From Scenedesmus sp. PABB004 (taxonomy: Eukaryota): DNA of 64,000 nt. Both the position numbers and the translations under genes were made by a program. The stretch is taken from positions 248,001 through 312,000 of the forward strand of contig CM026547.1 in the NCBI GenBank assembly GCA_014905635.1. The letters run 5' to 3'. Each line of letters opens with the position of its first letter. Position 1 is the stretch's first letter. Below the pieces are notes generated by a model. That model was not told the DNA's origin. It searched no databases and saw only the letters and a list, made by a program, of their open reading frames with translations. Positions 12,850 through 25,020 of the stretch are shown here, in pieces.

Positions 12850-15800
12850 ATGGCGGCCACCGCGCAGGACTCTCTGGCGCCCCTGCGCTCGGGCGAGGGC
12901 AAGAAGGACGAGGACCGGGAGGAAGAGAGTGCGTGCCGGCCGGCCCCGCCCTGGCGTCCGGGGGCCTCGGCGCCGGGCTGTGGAGGAGGCGGGAGCTCCC
13001 GTCCCTGCAACCGCGCCGCGGGCGTGGCAGGCCGCGGCGCGGGGGCGCCGGGAGGGGGCAACCACCGAATCAGTTGCTGCCCCGCCCGCCCCCGCAGCCG
13101 AGTACTCGCCCTTCTATGGCATCGAGAAGGGCGCCGTGCTGCAGGAGGCCCGCATCTTCCACGACCCCAACCTCGACCCGCGGCGGTGCTCGCAGGTGCG
13201 GCGGGGGACGGCAGCAGCGCCGCCGGCAACAGCAGCGCCCGCGCCCGCGCCCGCGCGCGCCCCACGCCCCGCGATCCCGCGCGCCAGGTCATCACCAAGC
13301 TGCTCTACCTCCTCCACCAGGGCGAGACCTTCACCAAGGCGCGGCCGGCGCCCGCGCCGCCGCCGCCCGCCCCACCGCCGCCGGCCGCCCGCGCCGCCGC
13401 CGGCCGCAGAGCGCCGCCGGCGAGCGCCGCCGCCGACGCCGGATGCCCGCACCGCGCGCCGCGTCCCCGCGCGCAGAAGGAGGCGAGCGACGTGTTCTTC
13501 GCCGCGACCAAGCTCTTCCAGGCGCGCGACCCGCACCTGCGGCGCATGGTGTACCTGGTGCTCAAGGACATCTGCCCCGGCAGCGACGAGGTCATCATCG
13601 TGACCTCGAGCCTAATGAAGGACATGAACGCCAAGGTCGAGCTCTACAGGTGCGGGCTGTGGGGCGCGTGCAGGGCGCGTGTGGGCCGCGCCTGCGAGGC
13701 GGCGGCGGAGAGCACAGGAGGGGGGCCGGCGCGCGGGCAAGGGCGCGGCGGGCGGGGGCGGCGCGGCGGGCGAGGGACGCAGGATGGGGGCAGCGGGCGC
13801 GGTGGGCGCGAGCGCCGCCGCCGCTGCCGCGCCGGCGCCGCAGGTCCAACGCGGTGCGCGTGCTGTGCCAGATCGTGGACGGGCAGCTGCTGGCGCAGAT
13901 CGAGCGCTACCTCAAGCAGGCGGTCGTCGACAAGAGCGCCGTCGTCGCGGCGAGCGTGCTCGTGTCGGCGCTGCACCTCATCAAAAACGTGAGAGCCAGC
14001 CGCGGCAGCGGCCGCCGGCGACCGGCGAGAGGCGGCGAGCGGCGATCGGCGGCGGCGGCAGACGCAGCGGCGGCAGCAGCAGGCGCAGCGGCAGCTGGGG
14101 CAGCAGCGGCGGCAGCAGCTGTCCGGCGCGCCAGTCGCGCCCCGCGCGCTGCCGCCGCCCCGCCGCCGACGCCCTGCCGCTGCTGCTGCCGCGCAGAACG
14201 GCGAGATCATCAAGCGCTGGGTGAACGAGGTGCAGGAGGCGGTGACGAGCAAGCACCCGATGGTGCAGTTCCACGCCGTCGCGCTGCTGCACGCGCTGCG
14301 CGCGACCGACCGCCTCGCCGTGAGCAAGCTGGTCAGCCAGCTCACGCGCGGCAGCGTGCGCAGCCCGCTCGCGCAGTGCCTGCTGGTGCGCTACGTCAGC
14401 CAGGTGCGGCGGCGGCGCGGCGCGCGGCGCAGCGCGCGGCTTCGCGCCAGGCCTGGCGGCGTTGCGCGGCCGGGCCGCGCCTCGGTGCTCTGCCGCCCCA
14501 CACCCACCCGCCCGCCACTCGCCCGCCCCGCGCGCAGGTGATCGCGGACAGCCAGCCGGGGCCCAACGGCGAGGCGCGGCCGTTCTACGACTTCCTGGAG
14601 AGCTGCCTGCGCCACAAGGTGTGTGTGTGGGGGGGGGGGGGGTGCAGGGCCGGCGCGCGCGCCCGGCGCGGCGCCAGGCGGCGGCGGCAGCGGGTGCGGC
14701 GCCTGCCGCGCGCGTGCGCCGCCGCGCGCGCGCCCGCTCACGCCCGGCCCCGCCCGGCCGGTGGCCGCGCAGGCGGAGCTGGTGATCTTTGAGGCGGCGC
14801 GCGCGATCTGCAACCTGCGCGACGTGAGCGCCCGCGAGCTGCAGCCCGCGATCACAGTGCTGCAGCTCTTCCTGAGCAGCAGCAAGCCCGTGCTGCGCTT
14901 CGCGGCCGTGCGCACGCTCAACAAGGTGCGCCCGCGGCCGCGCTAAGCCTACGGGCGGGCGCGCGCTGCGCTGCGCGGCGCCGCCGCCCGGCCCGTCTCT
15001 GCTTCCTGCGGGCCGCTGAGCGCGCGGTTGCGCGCCGGCGCGCCGCCACCCCCGCGGCGCCTGGCCAGGTCGCGATGAGCCACCCCATGGCGGTGACCAA
15101 CTGCAACATCGACATGGAGTCGCTCATCACCGACCAGAACCGCTCCATCGCGACGCTCGCCATCACGACGCTGCTCAAGACGGGTGCGCCCCGCGCTGGC
15201 GCGGCGCGCGGCTGCGGCGCGGCGCGGCCGGCGGCAGAGCACGCGCGCGCTCACGCCGCACCTCGCTGCCCCGCGCCGCCGCTCGCGCGTGGGCGCCAGG
15301 CAACGAGGGCAGCGTGGACAAGCTGCTGAAGACCATCGGCGGCTTCATGGCAGACATCCCTGACGACTTCAAGGTGCGTGTGCGTGAGGCTGTGGCTGTG
15401 GCTGTGTGTGTGGCTGTGGGTGTGTGGTGGGTGGGTGGGTGGTTGCGTGGTGGTGGTGGTGGGGGGAGGGTGCGTCGCTGGTGCGGGCGCAGCGACGGCG
15501 CACGCGCGGGGCGCGCGGGGCGCGCCGCGGCGACGCCGCCCGCCGGCCGCCGGCGTCGCCGGTTGCGCGCGCAGGTCGTGGTCGTGGGCGCGATCCGCAG
15601 CCTCGCGGTCAAGTTCCCGGCCAAGCACCGCGGCCTCATGGCCTTCCTGGCCAACGTGCTGCGCGAGGAGGGGGGCTTCGAGTACAAGAAGGCCATCGTC
15701 GCCGCCATCCTCGCCATCATCCAGGCACGCCGCGGCGCCCGCGCGGCGCGGCGCAGCACACACAGCGCAGCGCCGCGCGCCGCGCCGCGCCCGCGCGGGC

Positions 15801-18375
15801 CGCCCCGCTCCCGCGCGCCGCGCGCCGACCCCGCTGCCGTGCTGCCGCCGCGCCGTGGCTGCGGGCGCGCAGGAGATCCCGGACGCGCGCGAGTCGGGGC
15901 TGGGGCACCTGTGCGAGTTCATCGAGGACTGCGAGTTCACCTTCCTCAGCGTCGAGGTGCTGCACCTGCTCGGCCAGGAGGGGCCCACCACCAAGGAACC
16001 CGCGCGGTGAGACCGCGGCGCGGCGCGGCGCGCAGCGCACGCCGGGCCGCCGCCGCCGCGCCCCGGCGGGCGGCGCTCAACAACGTTGACCGGCCAACAC
16101 ACCTAACGCATGTTTTGTAATGCTGGATGTTATAACGCACAGGTACATTCGCTACATCTACAACCGCATCATCCTCGAGAACGCGACCGTGCGCGCGGCG
16201 GCGGTGTCGGCGCTCGCGTCGTTCGGCGCGCGCTGCCCCGAGCTCACCGAGCGCGTCGTCGTGCTGCTGCGCCGCGCCCTGTACGACAACGACGACGAGG
16301 TGCGGCGGCGGGGAGGGACGGGCCGCGGGCGCCGCGGCCTGGGCGCACGCTGGGCGGGCGCGCCGCGCCGCGAGCCGCTGTGCTGAGCTCGCTGAGCCCG
16401 CTGAGCCCGCGCCCGCCGCCGCCGGCGCAGGTGCGCGACCGCGCGACGCTGCACCTCACGCAGCTCGGCGGCGGCGCGGGCGGGCCGGACGCGATCCGGC
16501 CGCAGCTGGACGTGAACCTCGCGGCGATGGAGGCGGCGCTGCGGACGTACCTGGCGGAGGACGACACCGCGACCGCGTTCGACGTGGTGCGCGCCGCCCG
16601 CGGCACGCGCGCCCGGCGCCTGGCCGCGGCGGCCCCGCGCGCGCGCGCAATCTGACCCACCGCCGCGCCCGTGCCACCGCCACCGCCGCCGCCGCGCAGT
16701 CGGCCGTGCCCAAGGCGCCGCCGCCGGAGGCCAAGCTCCCCAAGGGCGGCGCCGGCGGCGCCGCGGCCGCGGCGGCCGGCGCGGCGCCGGGCGCGGCCGC
16801 CGGCGCGGCCGGCGGCGCGGGCGGCGCGGGCGTCGGCGCCAACGCGTACGAGGCGGCCATCAAGGCGCGGCCCGAGTTTGCGGCGCTCGGACCACTCTTC
16901 AAGAGCTGCGCGCCCGTGCGGTGAGCGCGCGCGCGCGCGCACGCTGCGAGCGGCCGCCGCCTCTCCCTCCCGAGCCCCCCGCGCTCACACGGCAACGCAC
17001 CGCGCACCCCGCCGCGCCCCGCGTGCCCCCCTGCGCCCCCTCAACCCTGAACCCTAAACCCAGGTTGACCGAGGAGGACACTGAGTACGTCATTCACGCG
17101 ATCAAGCACATCTTCCCGGCCCACCTGGTGCTGCAGTTTGACTGCACCAACACCATCGCCGAGCAGCGCCTCGAAAACGTGACCGTGCTCACAGACCTCG
17201 CCGACGCGGTGCGCCGCCGCGGGCGGGGCCAGCGCTGGCAGCCGCCGCCGCCGCCGCGGCGGGCGGGGGGCGCGCCGTCGCCCGGGGCGCCGAGCCTCAC
17301 CGCCGCACGCTGCGCCTCACCGCCGCACGCCGCGCCGCGCCACAACAACAGCCCGAGTTTGAGGCGGAGAGTGCGCTCGCGCTGCCGAGCATGCCGCTGC
17401 ACGAGGTGGGGCAGTGCTACACCGTGCTGCGCCGCGGCGGCGGCGGGCTGCCGGGCGGCAAGATGGCGTGCGTGCTGCGGTTCACGGTCAAGGAGATCGA
17501 CCCCGGCACGGGCGAGGCGGAGGAGGAGGGGTACGAGGACGAGTACCAGGTGCGAGGGGGCTGGGAGCAGGGCCTGGGAGGGCCCCTAAACCCTGGGGAC
17601 CTGGGGAGGGGCGGGAGCGGAGGGAGCACGGCGGCAGCGGGGGCGCGGCTGCACGCGGCGCCGGGGGCAGGGGAGCTGCTGGCCCGCGCGCGCGGCGGCC
17701 TGAGCCGACCGCCGACCGCGTCACGTGCCTCGCTCCTCGCACCGCAGCTGGAGGACGTCGAGGTTAGCGGTGCCGACTACATCCGGCCGCTGCCGCTCGG
17801 CAACTTCCGGGCCGCGTGGGAGGAGGTCGACCCCGGGACGGAGCGGGAGGACGACTACGGCCTCGGCCCCCGCGACAGCCTGCAGGCGCGCGCCGCTGCG
17901 CCGCCGCCGCCGCGCCGCACCGCCCGTGGCGCCCCCCTCGTCCCCGCGCTCGCCCGCTCTCACGCCCCCGTCCGCCTCCCGCGCGGCGCCGCGGCCTGCC
18001 GCAGGACACGGTGGAGACGGTCATGGGCATCCTGGGCATGCAGCCGTGCGAGGGCACCGAGGCGGTGCGCCCAACGCGCGCAGCCACACCGTGCTGCTCG
18101 CGGGCGCGCTGCCGGGCGACGAGCGCGCGCTCGTCAGGTGCGCCGCGCGCCGCCGCGCCGCGCCGCACCGGCCGCCCGCTGGCGCGCTGGCATGCGCCCG
18201 CTCCGCCGCCGCCGACGCCGCCGGCCGTTGTCCCTCGCCCGCGCTCGCGCTCGCTCCGCGCCGCAGGCTGTCGTTTGGGCTGGGCGCCGACGGGCAGGTG
18301 GCGATGAAGGTCGTCAGCCGGGGCGACAGCGAAGCGGCGAGCGAGGCGGTGCACGCGGTCATTCAGGAGGCCTGA
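12850..18375 (+). CDS. COPG: Coatomer subunit gamma (about 20 exons; apparent 1-nt frameshift near 18068)
   Basis: [92 protein letters not shown] and [12 protein letters not shown]. Confidence 0.97.
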
Positions 18376-18849
18376 GCGTGCGGCGGCGCCGCGTGGGGCC
18401 AGAACCGGGCCGGGGGGCGGGCGGGCGAGAGTGGGGGGGGGGGGGGGGACGGGGCAGGTAGGGGGGCTGCGGCGGCGGTTTGGGACCAGCTGGGCGCGGC
18501 CGATGAGCCGGGCTGTGTGTGCGTGTGCGCCAAGCCAAACCTCGGGCGGCGGCTGACCGCGGCTGTGTCGGTCTGTCTCCGAGTGACGCGATCCATTACA
18601 CTGCAGCGATCACATGCCTCGCAACGGCCGATTTCGCCGGGGTGGACGAGGGTCCGATCCCTCAGCCCAGCAGCAGCGCAGACCACCGATGGCGGCGAGC
18701 GAGCAGCAAGCGGGGAGACAAGACAGCACGGGGCGCGCGCGCCGGCGGCGCCAGCAGAGGGCGGCCGCCGCCGGCACGGGCCCGCGCCCGGCGCCCACGC
18801 GTGAGAGCCCGCACGCGTGCGCCAGCGCTGACGCGCGGGTGTCCGGCTG

Positions 18850-20255
18850 TCACCCCCGGTTTGAGAAGCAGCGCCCAAAGGTCACGTCCCCGCAGAGCGC
18901 GCGCACCTCGTCGTAATAGTGCGGCTGCAGGAAGAACGGCGGCCCGCTGCCCGGCGTGCGCCAGTCCGGGCCGTACTGCCCGACCAGCTGCTCCTCGGCG
19001 TTGTCCGGCATCGGGACGTCCAGCACGCCGGCGATGCGGCCGGTGCGCGGCGGCGACGACACGCGCATGACGACGTTGGTGAACGACCGAAACAGCCGCG
19101 CGCTGCTGCTGTTGCCGCCGCCGCCGGCACTCGCGCTGCTGCTGCCGTTGGCCGGCGCGGGCGCCGTGAGCGACTCCCGCGCCGCGCCGCCGGCGCCGCT
19201 GGCGCTGCCACTGGGCTGGCCGCGCGCGCGCGCGTCCCTCGTGCGCGCCGCGCCGGCCTCCCCCGCGTCCCCGTCCCGTGGGGACATGAGCCAGAGGTCC
19301 AGGAACGCGCGCTCGTTCTCTTCGGCGTAGCGCCGCCCCGGCGGCGCGAAGCGCGCCTGGAACGCGGGGTGCGGGTGGTGGGCGTGGGGGCAGAGCTTCC
19401 AGAACACGCCATTGAACCACATCAGGTACCCGCCCGCCCACAGGCCCGCCTTGGCGCCGTCCGACTCGAGCGCCACCAGGCCGCCGGGGGTCACGGCCAG
19501 GTCGAGGTCGTAGTGCCCAGGTATGATGGTGCCGTTGCGCACCGCGCCCAGCAGCTGCGCGCGCGACGCGCGCGCGGGCGGCGGCGGCGGCGGCGCGGCG
19601 GCGGCGGCGCACGGCGGGGGGCGGGGCTCGGCCGGCACGCGGCGGGGCTCGGCCGCCGCGCGGCGCGGCGGGGCTGGGCCGGAGAGCGGCGCGGCGTGGC
19701 GTGGCGTGGCGCGGCGCGGCGCGCGGCGCGGCGCGCAGCGCGGCGTCGCACCGTGCTCGCCTCGACGACCCACTCGCCGGCGAGGCCGGCGCGCGCCATG
19801 AAGGCTTGGAAGAAGGCGAGCAGGTGGAGGTTGAGGTGCGCGCAGCAGCGCGGGTCGTGCACGGTGCAGTCGGCGCGGAGCCAGCAGTCGAGCGGCTGGC
19901 AGCCCGACTCCTTGCCCCACAGCCGCCCGCGGCGCCTGCGGGCGGCGGCGCGCGGGTGTGAGGCGCACGGGCCGGCAGCTGCGGGCCGGTGCGTGGGCGG
20001 CGCGCACCGCGTGGCCTGGCGCGGCAGCGGCACCGCGGTCGTCGCCGAGAGCGCCGCCGCCGCGAGAGCGTCGCCGCGCAGGCTGGAGGACGTGGCGATG
20101 GGCGGCGATGGCGGGCCGCTGGGCTCGACCGGGCCGGGCGCCGCGGGCAGCAGCAGCCAGCAGGTGGAGGCGAGCAGCAGGCCGACGACGAGCGGCGCGC
20201 GCCACCGCGCCGCCACTAGCAGCGCGGCCGCACGCTGCCCCGGCCGCGCCAGCAT
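18850..20255 (-). CDS. LicD/fukutin-like nucleotidyltransferase-fold type II membrane protein (3 exons)
   Basis: N-terminal TM, spliced motif EAST|LLGAVRNGTIIPGHYDLDL resembling the LicD GTLLGAVR..GIIPWDxDxD motif, C-terminal VPMPDNAEEQLVGQYGPDWRTP, and a downstream minus-strand TGTAA near 18596. Confidence 0.75.
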
Positions 20256-20552
20256 GCTGCCGATCGGGAACGCGCAAAGCAGCAGCAAAATCAGCAGCGC
20301 CGCCGGTGCCGCTGCTGCTGCATCCCTCGCGGCGGCGGCGGCTGTGCGCCGGCCGGCGGCATGCGTTGGGTCCGGCCCGGCTGGATGAGACCGAACAGGC
20401 CGCGCTCACGGGCGCGCCGGGGAGACCGGCACCTGCCGGAGCGTTGCGCGCGCGCAGGGCGCAGCGCCGCAAAGCCCCCGTCACACCGCGCCGGCGCACC
20501 GCGCCGACGCACGCGCGCAGGGGGCGGCGCCGCTCAGCCGCCTCAAACCGCG

Positions 20553-22328
20553 TCAGCCGAGCGCGCCGGCCTGCAGCAGCGCGACGTACGCCGCCATGAA
20601 CGCGGGCAGCGTGGCCAGGGAGGCGAGGTACTGCCAGAACAGCACGGCCGAGATCTCGTCCTCGCCGGCGCGCTGCATCGTCGCGAGCGAGTGCACGAGC
20701 ACCGCCGTGGGCGTCGCCCAGCTGAGCATCATGACCAGCGGCACCAGCGGGTCTGCGGCGCGGCGGCGCCGGGGGGTGGTGTGCCAAGAGCTTGGCGGCG
20801 GGCCCGATGTGTGCGCGCGCGCGCGCGCAAGTGCAGGCGTGCGCCCGGGCGCCGCCGCCGCGCGCGCCGCGCGCGGCACACCGAGGTCGGGCGGCAGCAG
20901 CCCCGCGCGCAGCGCGCCCAGCACCAGCGCTACGCCCGCGAGCGGGTGCAGGACGAGCTTGCCGAGCACGGCGGACGCCAGCAGCGCGGGCGGCACCCTC
21001 GCAGCGCCTGGGCCGTCTGCGAGGTTTGCGCCCAGCACCAGGAACAAGCAGGGGATCGTGGGCTGCCCCAGCAGCGCCGCCGCGTCGCCTAGCACCGCGA
21101 GGCTGCCTGCGCCGGACGGCGTGGCGGCGCGGTGAGCTGCGCCGCGGCCGGCGCGCGCCGGGCGCTGCCGGCGCGCCGCAACGCGCCGCACCGTCGGGGC
21201 TGAACAGTGCGCTGTGCAGCATTGGCGCCGTCGCCACGGGGATGGAGAGGAGGCAGGCGATCACCGGAGGGTTGAGCACCGACCGCGCCAGCGCTAGCGG
21301 CCGCAACGGCTGCGCCGCCGGCGCCGCCGCCGCGCCGGGCGCCGCGGCCGCCGCGGCAGACGCTGACGGCTGCGGCGCGAGCTGCAGCTGCGCGCCGCCG
21401 GGCGGCCCGAGCGGCCGCGCCGCCGCCCCGCCGGGCTGCCCGAGCTGGTCCAGCCCCTGCGCCGCCGCCTGAGCAGGCGCGGCCTCCTGCGTGGCGACCG
21501 CCGCCTCGGGCGGCTGAAGCAGGAGGTACCCCAATGGGAACTGCACCAGGCTAGCAACAAAAAAGCCAATCATCACGTAAGCCTCCGCCGCGCCCTGCGC
21601 CGCCGCGCTCACGCCGACGCCGGGGCTGGCCGCGAGCGCTGGCACCAGGACCAGCGGCAGGTTGCCCACGTTCCTGACCAGCAACGGCGGCGGCAACAGC
21701 GGCGGCGGCGGCGGCGGTTGCGCGGCGGCAGCGGCGGCGGCGGCCCCCGTGCGCTGAGCCCGAGGGCGCCGCGGCGGCGCTGGCGGCCGTGCAAGCGCGT
21801 GCGCTGTGCTCACCCCAGGGCCGCCATGACGAGCACTTGGCGCGCGCGCGCCGGCGGCGCGCCGAGCGCCGCCGCCTGCGCCCAGCCGAGGGCGAGGCCG
21901 ACGCCGTGCACGGCCAGCATGTTGGAGGCCAGGGGCCAGAGGTGCAGCGCGAGCGCCAGGTCGACCGACGCGCCGAGCTTGCTGAACAGCAGGGCCGGGG
22001 TGAAGATGTTGAGAATCAGCCCCGACAGCAGCCGCCGGCCGCTCGCCGGCAGCAGGCCCGCGCGTGCGGCGGCCGCGCCGGCGCCCGCCAGCACCGTGAC
22101 CGTTGCCACGGGCTCGGCGGCGAGCTGCAGCAGCGCGCCGCCGCCCAGCGCGGCGGAGCAGGTGCATCGACCGCCCCGCCGCCCGCTGCTGTCGCGCGCG
22201 CTGCTGCTGCCGCACGCGCTGCTGCTGGCGCGCGCGCCGCAACGCCGCCGGCAGCGCGCCAAAGCTGCGGTCGGGGCATGTGATCGCCGGAGGACATGCG
22301 GCGCGCGCGCCCGACGCCCTGCCTGCAT
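20553..22328 (-). CDS. PIN-LIKES (PILS) / auxin efflux carrier family transporter (start codon uncertain)
   Basis: LSGLILNIFTPALLFSKLG, G|NVGNLPLVLVPAL, LNPPVIA, LLGQPTIPCLFLVLGANL, WATPTA and ISAVLFWQY. Confidence 0.85.
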
Positions 22329-22884
22329 CGCGGCAGGGCCGGGCGCGGCGCGGCGCTGCTGCCGGAGCGCGGCCGACGGGGCAGGCTGCCCGAGCTCCTG
22401 GGACGCCGCGGCCTCACGCTGTGCGTGAAAAAGAGCGGGAAACTGCGGGTACCGGGGGCGGGGGCGAGCGTCCGAGCAGTGGCGGCGAGCCGCGAGTTGC
22501 GAAACCGCTGCGGTTTGGGGCACGGGCGGCAGCTCGCATCGGCGCCGCAGTTCCCACATTCCCTGTCAACCCATCCGCCAAAACAATTCATGCGGTGCAA
22601 GTGACCCCTGCCAGGTTTGTCGTAATACAGTTGGTCAACGGCGCGGCGAGGCGGGGTTGGATGCACAGCGCCGCGCCGCGCAGCGCGCAGCGACTCTCTC
22701 CTCAGCTTGACAGTGCTGATCCAACGCAGTGCCCCGTCCGTGCGCGGCCGCCGCTCGCGCCCGTGCAAACCCGCCCGTCAAGGCCCTAGAGAGCTCGCGC
22801 GCTCGCAGAAGAGCAGGTGCAGGTCGCATTGCAGGTGCACAGGCGCTCATTGGTTTCATGCTGTCATCGTGCGTTTGGTCCGGT

Positions 22885-22970
22885 CAGCAGCTGGGTGCGC
22901 AGCTGCTGCAGCAGCTGGGTGCGCAGCTGCTGCAGCAGCTGGGTGCGCAGCTGCTGCAGCAGCTGGGTGC
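22885..22970. repeat. 24-bp perfect tandem repeat (about 3.6 copies)
   Basis: (cagcagctgggtgcgcagctgctg)n lies just past the stop codon of the 22978-24841 gene. Confidence 0.9.
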
Positions 22971-22977
22971 AAGCAAG

Positions 22978-24841
22978 CTAGCTGGCCAGCTCCAGCTTCA
23001 CGAGCGGCTGGCTTTGGCTCTGCGGCGGGGCGGCCTCCAGCGGCGACTGCGGCTGCGTGCCGCTGCCGGGGAGCGACCGGCGCCGCTCGCCGGCGGACGG
23101 CGACGCCGGCGGCGCCTGCCCCGAGTGCGTGCTTGCGTGGGCCGCCGCCGCCTGCTGGCGCCGCGCGGCCTCCTGCTGCTCCACCAGGTGCTTGCACACT
23201 GCGCGCCGGCGCGCGGGGGCGGGCGGCGGCGTGAGACCGGGCGGGCGGCGGCGTGAGACCGGGCGGCGCGCGCACCCCGGCAGCCTCCCCCCCCCCCCCC
23301 CCCCCCCCGCCGCCGGCGCGGCGGCGCCAGCTCACTGCTAAGCGGCTGGCTCCAGAACGGCCAGGAGCGCACGATGCTGGCCGCGAGCTGCTGCTTGGAA
23401 AGCTGATTTAGCCACAAGAATGTCAGATTCCTGTGCACCTCGCGCAGCCTCATAACGGTCGCGAGGAGCTGCTGCAGCAGCGCGTCCATCTCCTCAGCGT
23501 CCTCCGCGCTCAGCCCGCCGCTCACCAGCCCAAACTGCTGCCACGGCCGCGCCACGGCCGGCGGCGCGGCCGGCGCGGCGCGGGCGCCCGCCGCGCCCGC
23601 CGCGCCTGCCGCGTCCGCGCCGCCGCTGCCGCCGCCGCGGCCGCCGGGCGTGGGCGCCGACGCCGCGCTGCTACAGCTGTGCGCGGGCGACTCGCCCGCG
23701 CCGGCCGACGCCAGCCCCGGCGGCGGCGGCGTGCCGGTGAGCACGTGCAGGCGCCGCACCATCGCGTGCGACGCCGAGATGAGCGGCGCCGCCGTGCTCT
23801 GATACACCTGGCGGCCGCGGCGGCGGCAGCGCGCGGGAGCGCGGGGGCGCGGGGGCAAGTGAGCCGGCGCCCCGCCCAAAACCCAACGGGCCCCCGTCGG
23901 GGCCCCCGCGGCCGCGGCGGCGGCGGCAGTGGCGGCGGCGCGGCGTGCCTGGTAGCCGGTGCAGAGGTGCGGGACCTGCTCCGGCCGCAGCGCGAGGTGG
24001 CCGAGCACTCGCTCCCAGTGCTGCGCCGGCGGCTCCTGGGGCTGCAGCGTGTCCAGGTTGAGCGTGGCGAGCGAGAGGTTGATCTGGTCGCTCACGACGT
24101 GCAGCAGCATCGCGAGCTCGGTGTACTCGTCGACGACGTCGGCCAGGCTGTATGACAGCAGCGGCGCGCCGCCGTCGTCGGCGGAGAGCACGATCGCGAG
24201 CTTTGACGTGAGGCGCTGCAGCTCCGCGGCGACCTGCTCCACGCTGAAGCCGCGCACGCGCTCCACGCGCTCGGGCGTGAACGCCGCGCGCATGCAGCGC
24301 GCCGTGTAGGGCTCGTCCGGTGCCGCCGCGCTGCTGCCCACCTGCCCCAGCAGCTCGTGCACCTGCGCGGCGGCAGATGTGGGCGCGCCGCCGCCGCCGC
24401 CGCTGGGTCACCGCTGCTGGCACCGGCGCCAACGCTGGCGGCTGTCGCTGGTCGGGCCGCCGTCGGCGCCGGCGCGACCGCTGGCGGCGCCGCCGCCGCT
24501 GCGCGACGCCGCCCGCTCAGCCGAGCCGCCCGGCGCACCTGCACGTCCTGCAGCATGCTGCGAGCTACCCCCGCGGGGTCGCCGCCGAACGCCGCGCAGC
24601 AGCGGCCGATGAAGTGCAGGCAATTGGCGCCGGCGCTGATGCTCTCCAGCAGCACGCGCTCCCGCGCCCTCAGCGCGGCCTGCCGCTCCGCCAGGGCCTC
24701 GCGCCGGAGCGACAGGTCGGCTAGCTGCGCCTCCAGCTGCTGAATGGCGAGGCGCCGGCTGGGTAGCCCGTGCTTGTCCCTGGCCGCCGCTGCCTTCGCC
24801 GCTCGTCCCGCGCGGCCCCCTCGCCGCGGGCGGCCATCCAT
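22978..24841 (-). CDS. bZIP-like basic/coiled-coil protein of unknown function (4 exons)
   Basis: Basic N-terminus, heptad-like LEAQLADLSLRREALAERQAALRARERVL, C-terminal blocks EPPAQHWERVLGHLALRPEQ and LSKQQLAASIVRSWPF. Splicing gives a continuous frame to a TAG at 22978. Confidence 0.65.
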
Positions 24842-25020
24842 TCGGGCTACGCTCGTGGGCTCACCGCGCCAGGCGTGGGACGCGTGCCGGATGCGCTCGC
24901 CGCCCGGCGCTGGCGGCAGTCGGCGCGTGCGCGACGACGGCGCCGCCGTCGTAGCGCGCTTTTGCGGCGCCGGTTACAGTTCGCGGCCGGGCCCCGCCCC
25001 GACAGCTCCCCGCGCACAAC

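Noticed and set aside
18065..18083. 19-nt GT...AG micro-intron in COPG
   Set aside because: Removing it does not restore the frame and would delete conserved residues.
22885..22970. 24-bp repeat as a possible CRISPR array
   Set aside because: The units are directly adjacent with no spacers, there are no cas genes, and the context is eukaryotic.
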